Assembly (NCBI GenBank): GCA_951406725.2
Contig: OX597825.1
Coordinates: 3,906,001-3,970,000, forward strand
Length of the DNA: 64,000 nt
Direction of reading: 5' to 3'
Origin: Octopus vulgaris
Lineage: Eukaryota
Shown: piece by piece, positions 53,640 to 64,000 of the stretch
Position numbering within the stretch: position 1 is the stretch's first letter
Layout: each line of letters starts with the position of its first letter
Position numbers and translations under genes: made by a program
The notes under the pieces: generated by a model
What the model was told of the DNA's origin: nothing
Databases searched by the model: none
Seen by the model: only the letters and a program-made list of their open reading frames with translations

Positions 53640-54030
53640 AGGCGGCGAGCTGGCAGAAACGTTAGCACGGCGGGCGAAATGCTAAGCGGTATTTCCTCTG
53701 CCGTTACGTTGTGAGTTCGAATTCCGCCGAGGTCGACTTTGCAGTCAATAAATTAAGTACCAGTTACGCACTGGGGTCCAAGTAATCGACTTAATCCGTT
53801 AGACTGTCCTTGTTTGTCCACACTATGTTTAGCCCCTTGTGGGTAGTAAAGAAATAGTTATTTCGCCTGCCCTTACGTTCTAAGTTCAAATACTGCCGAG
53901 GTAGAATTTACCTTACATCCTTTCGGGATCGATAAATTAAGTACCAGTTGCATACTGGAGTCAATATAATCGATTGCCCCCCCACTCCCAAAAAATAATC
54001 GGTCCTTGTACCTAGAGAAGAAAAGGATAT
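53640..54030 (+). mobile_element. SINE S2 copy followed by a second partial S2-related copy
   Basis: aggcggcgagctggcagaaacg...gggtagtaaagaaata at 53640-53856; second B box and central domain at 53857-54030. Confidence 0.82.
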
Positions 54031-54573
54031 TTCTACGACTAGTTTGTACTCCTTTTTTGCGTTTTCCATTATGAAGCTTTAAAAACTGCAACTTCTGTTG
54101 ATATTGGGTAAGTACGGCTTTTATTCTTGCCACCACTTTTGATGTTCCTTCCAGGCAAACGCTTAACCAGTAGATGCTTTGTAAGTTACAGAATTTTACA
54201 TCAGTCATAATATTCGAGCGAAATATTTTCTATGACTAGAATTTAAATGTATGAAACGTTTTTTGGAAGACTACTTCCGTCGTAATATATATTTTATTTT
54301 AAAGAGATTTGTTGAGCAATGCCGGAAAATGAGACAAGATATAAAGCAAGAAAGGAGACAAAACGAAACGAAGGTAGAGTTTTACTCTGTATTTCTATAT
54401 TTTAAGGAACTGATATAAGGTGAGGTATAAAAATGTTCGTTGCGCAGAAGTGTGGGGGAAGGAGGAAGGTAACACGCGCAGACAGGGGTCTCTTCATGTA
54501 TTCCTCTCCTGTAGTGTGTGTGCGTGTAGGTGTGTGAGTGTGCGTGCGTGTGTATGCGAGCGTGTGTTTGTGG

Positions 54574-54618
<45 letters not shown>

Positions 54619-54639
54619 TATATATATATATAATTAATA

Positions 54640-54682
<43 letters not shown>

Positions 54683-54812
54683 TCCCGGGTTGAGTCGGGT
54701 TTAACCACAGTAAATAAGGTACTCAATACATAGCAGAGTAAATTAATTTATTTTATAGAAGGAGCTTCTTTGAATGAAACAGTTCTAGTCCTGTAGAAGC
54801 TCCTTCTATAAA

Positions 54813-54851
<39 letters not shown>

Positions 54852-56100
54852 AAGAGAGAGAGTCCACACGTGGTCACTCTAACGCTAGATATAGATGACG
54901 AAGGGAATCCACCACTCTCTTTCATTACTTGTATTAATAATTTTTACTGTATCCCAGTCTTTATACGTTAGGCTACTTGGTGTTTTAAATTGATGTTATT
55001 AATTAATATTCATTTTTTTTCAGCGTTAATGTGATTTTCATTATATATACACATGAATATGCGGTAGATGATTGAAAATATTTTGTATGTCACTGAGTAT
55101 TCCGGTGATAAATCTTGTTTTGTATTAACTACTGGATGGAAATTGTAGTCACAAACTAATAAAATACACATGACATTTAGGTATTTCAGGGTGGAATATA
55201 CGACTAGATTCTTTCAATATTTCAAAATACCCGTATGTCTAAAGCAATTCAGAGATCTTGGCAGCTAATTGACAGATTACGAAGGAAATTATAACACAGA
55301 CGCAAATATTAGGCTTGCGATTAGTTTGCTGACCATTGATATATAGAAAGAAAATCCGCTGGGACTTGAACTGAAAGTCCTACTCTCCGTAGTAAGACAT
55401 TAAATAGTTTCAGATATTTTAAGATTTGTTCAATATTTCTCAATTCTCCAATGAAATGTATGTAAATATCATAAATGGGAATAATATAAATGGGAATAAA
55501 TGCTATTAATATAAAAGTAGAAAATTTTAATTTGAATTTCAAGCAAAACTCATTTTATTACTAACATGGATTTCACTTCTATTTATGTACGAGAATCAAA
55601 TTGCATTTGTGAGATTTCATATAGAGGGAAATATTATTTTCAGATTTATAGATGTGTCCAAATTCAATGTGCGAGATATATCTGTAATACAACTAATGGT
55701 TTTAGAGAAAAAGAGAAAAAAGCAAAATACAATTGTATATAAATATACCTAAATATTTATGATTGATATTATTTTCATTTTCTAAATATAAAAGAAATAA
55801 CCCAGGGACACACACACACACACACACACACATATGGATACAAATAATGGATATAAAATATGTTTGTTTATATATGTATATATATATATATATACTGTTG
55901 CTTATTTTCTGCAGCTTTCTAAAGAGAATTAATCTGAGACGATTGTTGAAACTGACTTGTAGAATGAATTTTGGGGAATTCGAAGAATTTCGTTCTCATC
56001 GCCTATCTTGATCAATCGTACGCGCATTCACAGCTTCACGCAAAACAACCAAACGCTAATATATAGAAATATTTAGACGCATAGGCTTGTGCACACGCAC

Positions 56101-56137
<37 letters not shown>

Positions 56138-56200
56138 TATAGGGAGAGAGAGAGAGAGAGAGGAAAGAGAGAGACACACGCATATTTAGATGTATAAATA

Positions 56201-57340
56201 TATCAGGTCATCACATAAGTTCTGTCCGATTTTACCTTTTTAAAAATTGAATGAAATTTATTAGTATGTTAGATTGTCTAGGGAAATTAATTTCTTTTAT
56301 GCATTTGTGTACATTTAAAATAGGGAAATATTATTTTACAGAATAATAGAATTAAAATGTATTTGATTAAAACCCTTTGTAACATGGAAGTATCCAAAGA
56401 GCATTTAAGGCCCATAATGCTTTATGAGTACAATAAAGGAAACTCTGCAGCCGAAGCGACTCGTGACCTATACTCAGTTCATGGGATAGAATGCTTGAAT
56501 GTAAGAACTTGCAGAAGATGGTTTGCAAATTTCAGAAGTGGAGATTTCAGACTTGAAGATGAAGATCGAACAGAATGTACAGATGAGTTTGATAAGCTCC
56601 TTGGGGCATTACTTGAAGGAACTCCTGCATTATCAGTTTAAGAATTGGCAATAAAGCTTACTTCAAACCATACACCTGTTCATCGGCTCTCCAACAATTT
56701 GGAAACTTTCCTAAACTTGGAAAATAGGTGCCTCATGAATTGTCCGAAAGCAACCGCAAATCCCGAGTTGACATCTACTCTTCTCCCCATTGTCGCGAAC
56801 TCATTTCACCCTTGTTGGATAGACTTGTGACTGGTGACGAAAAATGGATCTTCATTCAAAATGTTAAACGTCGTAAACAGTGGGAAACAGGGAAAAAGCT
56901 CAAACATAACCGAGAATGGAACTTCATGAGAAAAAGGTTCTTCTCTTTATCTGATGGGATTGTAAAATAGTAATTCACTTTGAATTGTCACTAACTAATC
57001 CGACAATCAATGCCCAAGTCTACTGTCTGCAATTAGAGCGTTTGAACCACACTTTGAAGAAAAAAGGAACCGCCTTAGTGAATCAGGATAATGCACGACC
57101 CCACACTGCAAAGATCCCATCCCAGAAGATCGAAGAGCTTGGTTGGGGAAATATACTTCATCCACCTTATTCTGTCGACCTTGCTCCTTCAGACTACCAT
57201 TTGTTTCATAGTTTACAGCATTATTTGGGTGCCATAGCTTTGGCAATCAGGAAGAGGTCGAAACTGACATTTCAGAGTTCTTTGCGTTGAAACCAAAGGA
57301 GTTTTACATTGATGGTATTAAAGAGCTTGTAAATAGATGG
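56201..57340 (+). pseudogene. mariner (D,D34D) transposase pseudogene with left TIR
   Basis: MEVSKEHLRPIMLYEYNKGNSAAEAT, CRRWFANFRSGDF, VPHELS, LVTGDEKWIF, QDNARPH, HPPYSVDLAPSDYHLF, with 34 residues between the last two Asp. Several stops and frameshifts; right end lost at (TA)n. Confidence 0.93.
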
Positions 57341-57372
<32 letters not shown>

Positions 57373-57373
57373 C

Positions 57374-57449
<76 letters not shown>

Positions 57450-57494
57450 CATATGAACATATACATATATATATACATACAAATATATATACAA

Positions 57495-57533
<39 letters not shown>

Positions 57534-57595
57534 AAAAAAGCAATAAAGATTCAAGTTAAAAACTAAAAACCTATCCATTCTTGTTGCTTCATTCT

Positions 57596-57716
<121 letters not shown>

Positions 57717-57943
57717 CTGTATTTATGTGCCTATCTGGTCTATTCAACTGAAGATGGCAGAGCGTCGCTGAAGCAAAGCCAGAAATCCAGGATCTAGAAT
57801 TCCCAAGTAAAATCTATTTTGCTAGTTTATTTTGGCTCTCTGTCGTCTCTCCTGACGCGATATGAACATTTAAGGTGGTTTTAGGGTCAGGGTTTTGACT
57901 GCTATTCCAGCATGATGGTATCTCTCAGATACCCTAATCTATA

Positions 57944-57984
<41 letters not shown>

Positions 57985-58599
57985 TATATGCATCTCTGTC
58001 ACTCTTTCTTGCTTTCTCTCTCTCACTCTCTCTACATATATGTGATTGTGTTTGTGTCTGTGTCTCTGCGTGTGAGTTCGGGTATGCATCTGTCTATCCG
58101 TATCTTCGTTTCTAACGCACATGTCAATTAAAAAAAAGGAAACAGTATTACAGCCAAACAAATATTGAAATTGATCATTACTTTCGTTCTGTATACGCAG
58201 GAATTGGCTTTTAAAAATTGAGTGCACAAAATGCAAATAGATAGAAAGTTGCTCCAATTGCACGCAGTTTGTGTTGACGTCAATTACATTAGGTCATGCG
58301 TAAGCAAAGCATGTTGTAATGTGTCATTTAGAAATAACGAAAAGATATCAAATGCTGCAATCTTTCAACGCTTCCTACATATTGTAGTTTTCGAACATAT
58401 ATTAAAAACAAGTAAATTGCTACCTTATGTATATTTACACAAAAATACACACACACACACATTCACACAAACATTCACTCGAATCTACATCTATATTCAT
58501 ATTTATCTATACCTATATATATGTGTGTGTGTATACATATATGTCGAATGCATTTTTGTGCGTAGGATAGGGCGTATGTGTGTGTGTATACACATATAC

Positions 58600-58639
<40 letters not shown>

Positions 58640-58671
58640 CACCCAATTTTTTGTGTAACATAGTGTATATG

Positions 58672-58711
<40 letters not shown>

Positions 58712-59879
58712 CATATGAGTGCGTGTATACATATATACGTATATATATAGAACGCATTTTTTTGCGTAGGATAGGGTGTATGTGTATATATGTATATACA
58801 TACATACAGTTTATTGTAGAAAGTATAGATACAATTGCCATATAACTTCTGTAAAAAAATTAAAAAAAAAAACAATTTTGGGTACTTGTAAATATTCTCC
58901 ACATGTATGTGCTTGTGTGTTTGTGTAAGTATATGTATATTCTTTTATTGTTATACACGTACCCAAGAATATCGTGTGTCCTGAGAAAAAGAGTGCACTC
59001 TATATATCATTATAAAATATGTTAAAAAAAAACTTAAGTCCAAACCTTCTATTATTCCTTGGCTCTTTATATGAGATGAATTAACAGTATCTTCACATGA
59101 AATAGTCATCCATCTCCCGTGCCTTATAAAGTGTTGAATAGCAATCGTAACACCTTTTTATACCGATACGCACACTGCTCTAGCTTTCTTATTCACCTGG
59201 GTAAGAATATCAATTCTCTGTGAGTACGTTTCATATATGTTTACGTGTGTGTGTGTGTCTGTTTGTGCATGTTTTTGTGTATGCGTGTGCATGTATGTAT
59301 GTTTAACTGATATATATATTGTAGCACTTTTTTTTCATTCATGAAGCTATATCATACATACCTGGCCTGCGTTACGAAGAGTAATCAAATCTACTCAACT
59401 TCCCCGTCTCTCTGTTAACGAAAGTTTACATTGAAGCAACATCCGTATGTGGGAGGAATGAACGTTCATTCAGTAGATTCCTCAACAGGCAATCCTTAAA
59501 GCCCATATATAGCACATCAAAACATGAGCCTAATCTTTTAGCAGATAATCAAACCCCATGATATGTTCTAAAATCTGGAGGTCATTGCCATTGTTACGCG
59601 TTTGGTGCAGGACTATAGAATCAGGATTCGTTTTGCGTTAAATAGCAACGGATTCTGTATCAATGTGTTTTGTGTATGCATATTATTATTCAGTTTTATT
59701 TCAACATGTCTTTGTAATAGAGAAAGAGTTAGTTTCTAATCTAGATCCAAGGCTCCTTCTTTGGTATATCAACATCAACAACAATATATTTTTGTATGTA
59801 TGTATATGTAGGCATGAGTGTATGTATATATGCATGTAGACATAGGTGCAGCTCTGTAAATTTATTTTATGTTTGTCTT

Positions 59880-60710
59880 CACATTCATATAATTGTATAT
59901 CTAGACAAAATATTAACTGTTAAAAAACTTAGCAAAACCAAATTCTTAACCAAAGTTAACTTTAGAATTTCCTTCAACAAAGTGAGATGTAATTGAATAA
60001 GTAATTTAGTTTATGTATTTTGTTTAAGTAGAATAATTATTTTGTATCATATACAAAATACCATATTTTTCCATATTTTTTGACAAACTGGAAGAAAAAA
60101 CTACAGATAATATTTCGACGTAATGCTTAATAGAAATGTATACATTACATCGCAATAGTTAATTAGATATTTGTTTCTAAAATATAATAAACCCTTCTAT
60201 ATAAATTAACCTTCCGTCATAATAACTGAAGAATTATTATATTCAACAGCATACACAATCGGCGAAGGTCTCACTGTGTAATTAAAAAGGAAAAATTACA
60301 GAAGAGACAGCGAAATATCTATTTATTGCGATGCAAAGTACATAAGTTTCTATTAAGCATTATTTGGAATTATTATCTGTATTTTTTTATTCATTTGTTA
60401 TCTGTTGAGCATTATGTAAAATTCTTTTGTTCTGTTTTGTTCTTTAGATATCCAGTGACATCATCAATTTTAAGAGATGAATATAATCGTTTTCTATGTT
60501 AGATCTTTTTTATGTAGATTTCAAATAGGTAATAAATATGAAATTAGTATGGTATATTTATATATTTTATTTTTATAAACTAAATTAGTGATTCAATGAC
60601 GTGGCTCTTTGGTGAATGAATGAATGTCTAAAGTTCAATTTGGTTTGGCGTTTGATTTTGTTAGCGCCTTTTAACAATTAGATTTTTTTCAGATGTGTAA
60701 TGTGAATTTC
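59880..60710. repeat. Large degenerate inverted repeat (foldback/MITE-like)
   Basis: acagataata..taatgcttaatagaaa..catcgcaata (60102-60156) pairs with tattgcgatg..tttctattaagcatta..tattatctgt (60324-60380); outer arms taatttagtttat / ataaactaaatta and aactttaga / tctaaagtt. Confidence 0.65.
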
Positions 60711-62449
60711 ACCAATCTGGATTACCTTGATAATGTCGTGTTGACATAAATTCTCGTTCATGTATTAATTTTAATAATATTCTGTGTGTAAGTGTGTGTG
60801 CGCGAGTGCGTGTGCATTTGTGTTAATGCAATTGAAACAAATGTTGGACTTTTATGTTGTGATCTAAAATATAGAATAAAGAATAAAAAAAACAGAATAA
60901 AGATGGAAAAAATATTTTTTCCCATGCATGTCACAGTAAAACAGTAGTGCTGGTTAATTTGATAGGCATACGCAATTGAACTTGCCTTCACTTCAACGGT
61001 GTCGGACATATTGAATGGCAATGCAGTCAACTAGCTGCCCTGGAATAGTTAAGCAATAGCACGCACAGTGGACAATTGCCTTCCATGTTTGATGTTTAAA
61101 CAAATGCAGGGGGCGTCAGTGAATACTGTGCTCTGAAGTAGTGACAGACAGCGGTTAATTGCCGTATTTATTGAAAAAGCGTTCAGTTGCTCTCAACTGA
61201 CCTCTATTCTTAATATTATAGAAACCAGCATGTATTGTTCCTTCCTAATACTTCTCCACGGGTGTGCAAAACCACTAAGCACACACGCATGCACACACCT
61301 GCAGAAGTACAGGTACACACACATAGCACAAGCAATTATCATAGATCAAAAGACCATAGTTTTTTTTTGTTATTGTTATTGTTATACACAAATCATTCAT
61401 GTAACTTACGGAGATGCATTCTGAACTCTACGTTCCTACGATTTCTCTCTCACTCTCACTCTATCACACCCACTCTACCTCTCTATCTCCCTCACTCTCT
61501 TTCCCCTCTTTCGAGAAAAGAGAACTTTTCGATTTTCTTCGACTGCAAGTTAGTCACTTACATCAATCAGACACATTCCTTATATCTTCTGGCACGTTTA
61601 AAATCATGTGCTTGAGAATTCAATTCTCTTTAGCGACTTTGGTATTACTGGAAACCGATATTCGATTCTTCCTGAGGCAACATGTTATTTAACCTCAAGC
61701 AATGTAGTACCGAAACCAGAAGCATGAAAACAATGTGCTATATTTCGCTGTTTGCTCGTAAATTTTGGTAAACGTAACACAACTGCAGATGTTTAAAATA
61801 TCATCAATGTCTTTACCTCTCCATATAACATGTCCGATTAAGGAATAAAAGGTAGTAATGATATTTGTATTAAATCGTGCGATGGCGTATATAGACAAAT
61901 GTGAAAAACTTTTGAATGTGTAGTCTTCGATTCTGTTTCAGTCAAACGTGAGATGATTATAGTCCATATGCTTTTGAGCATAAGTCTGTTTGTTCTGTCA
62001 ATACAAGCCGGAGTCGGAAAAGCTGATGCGACAACAACGAGGTCAATAAAGATGATGACAACTGTGGCAAAGAAACAAAACAACATATGAGTGTTTAAGA
62101 AATAGTATGAATTTGATTTATTCACATTACACTCTTGACTCGGTCTGATATCAGTATGATATCAGGCTGCACGAATTGATGTAAACTCTTTCAACACCAC
62201 ATTCCTTCGGCATTTTTATGTTTATGTTTTGCTTTCAACAATGAAACACAGCTTGGGCATCTTCTATCAGAAGCAATGAACCTCTTCTACACCTTATTCA
62301 CTGAATGAGAAGACAGGGAAAAATCTCTTTGAAACTAAGCATTGCGTTTCTCAGTAGAGACAAGGATATTCTTAGGGCAGCTCCCAAGTACCAGTAAAAT
62401 AGAACCTCTGCTTCGTCGTTATCTTTTGGAAAGTAAAAAAGCACATCGT

Positions 62450-62590
62450 TATGATCATCATAATAGTCGTCATCATCGTGTTCGTCATTGTCGTCGTCAT
62501 CATTATCAACTTAACCATCACTACAACCACCACTACCATCACCAACACCATCATCATCATTATTATAATGAACATCAACAGCAACAACTG
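62450..62590. repeat. (CAT)/(CAC)/(CGT) trinucleotide array
   Basis: Seen directly; gives a poly-His pseudo-ORF. Confidence 0.85.
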
Positions 62591-62979
62591 CAACACACTA
62601 TTCTATTATGAAGCCAAGGTAATTTCATATTAATTACATACAATCGTCCTCTGTAGAAGAGCAACACAGATTAATTCTATACATCCTTTCAATAATTGCA
62701 TGCGTATAATCTAACCATGACTGGGTGAACTGAGTCTTGTAATATGCGTTGCACGTAATGTCTTGTAACATACACGAGTTGCTGTATCCAGTGTTTATGC
62801 ACCATATGTATCATTCACTGGAATCAACATGTTTATTAAGTAAAATATTCTCGGATCAATATTAAAAGAACAGTCGTGAAACCTTATAAATCATTAGTAA
62901 ATAGATTAATCGGGATTTGAGCGTGACATCATTCGAAACACATCACCTCATTCTTTGGTATTTTTTATTTTATTTTGTA

Positions 62980-63210
62980 AGGAGGCGAGCTGGCAGAAAC
63001 GTTAGCACGCCGGGCGAAATGCTCAGCCGTATTACGTCTGCCGTTACGTTCTGAGTTCAAATTCCGCCGAGGTTGAATTTGCCTTTGATCCTTTCGGGGT
63101 CGATAAATTAAGTACCAGTTACGCACTGGGGTCGATGTAATCGACTTAATCCGTTTGTCTGTCCTTGTTTGCCCCCTCTGTGTTTAGCCCCTTGTGGGTA
63201 GTAAAGAAAT
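62980..63210 (+). mobile_element. tRNA-derived SINE family S2, full-length
   Basis: GGAGGCGAGCTGGCAGAAACGTTAG (A box), GAGTTCAAATTCC (B box), central GCCTTT.ATCCTTTCGGGGTCGATAAAT..GTACCAG (resembles the Meta-SINE domain), tail AGCCCCTTGTGGGTAGTAAAGAAA. Confidence 0.88.
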
Positions 63211-64000
63211 ATATATATTTTGTATTTTGTGTTAATTCTATACCATGATGTTGAATATATTCTCGATTGTTAGCGTAGAGATTTGCTTTGCCCGTTCTGA
63301 TATCAGAGGCCTCGACAATTTTCAGACATGTTTTCCTTCATTCCTTTTGTAAACTAGAAATATAAACATTAAGAAGAAACAGGCAGATACTCTACGATAA
63401 GATCAACTATTGTCAAATTTTTAATTATCTTCCTCCAGAGAAGATCCTTAAATTTCAGAGAAATGGCAATGAGAATCTCAATTAGGTGTTATTCAGTTTA
63501 ATCCCAACAGCATATGGCATCACACACACACAATATTACATGTATATATGCATTTGTATATTTGTATGGATACGCATACACATACACACTCACATGTTTT
63601 GCAATTATGAGAACGTTTAACTTGCCGCATTCAATAAAACATTGCTAATCAATTTTGAACCAACAAACTATATATTTACTCATTTGAAATAAAGGCGGAA
63701 TGATTTTTAGACGAAGTTCGTAACCCCGTATTTAACACATTTCAAACGATGCGCATGTATGTTTCTTGACTCCGACAAAACTTCACAAATTTTTATTTTG
63801 AGGCCTTATTGAATTGAGGATAATTACCGCAAAATGTATTTACTTTTATATATTTTACCAAGACATTAAACGATGAAAAAGCACCGTGGTTGCACAATAA
63901 GCTGTAAATCTTCTGAAATTATTCAGATGAAAGGCAATGCAACCTACCTATTTTCCTTTCATTCCATTTATTTTTCATCGACATCAGTGAATTTTAATTA

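Noticed and set aside
61695-61898. ORF with IWRGKDIDDIL resembling an RT YxDD motif
   Set aside because: No other RT motifs nearby; could be chance
62342-62633. His-rich ORF
   Set aside because: (CAT/CAC)n array with no domain or splice support

Overview
AT-rich, microsatellite-dense animal genomic DNA with no host protein-coding exon I can support. The SINE families and composition suggest a cephalopod (Octopus-like); this is inference. Nearly all listed ORFs are translations of (TA)n/(CA)n/(CATA)n repeats. The window is a transposon mosaic: a near full-length Penelope-like element (Neptune-type RT plus GIY-YIG, about 11.9-17.5 kb, minus strand, two ~1.05 kb pseudo-LTRs), a remnant of a second PLE type, several tRNA-derived SINE families, mariner/Tc1 relics, a non-autonomous Helitron, LINE 3' fragments and a probable solo LTR. 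The main hidden signal is at RNA level: about 10 type-I hammerhead ribozyme (HHR) motifs in at least six unrelated repeat families. Most sit in small non-coding elements inserted in (TA)n with Penelope-style partial tandem and inverted-end architecture (retrozyme-like). One family fuses a tRNA-derived Pol III head to a minimal hammerhead. All structures were paired by eye; no folding or database search was run.
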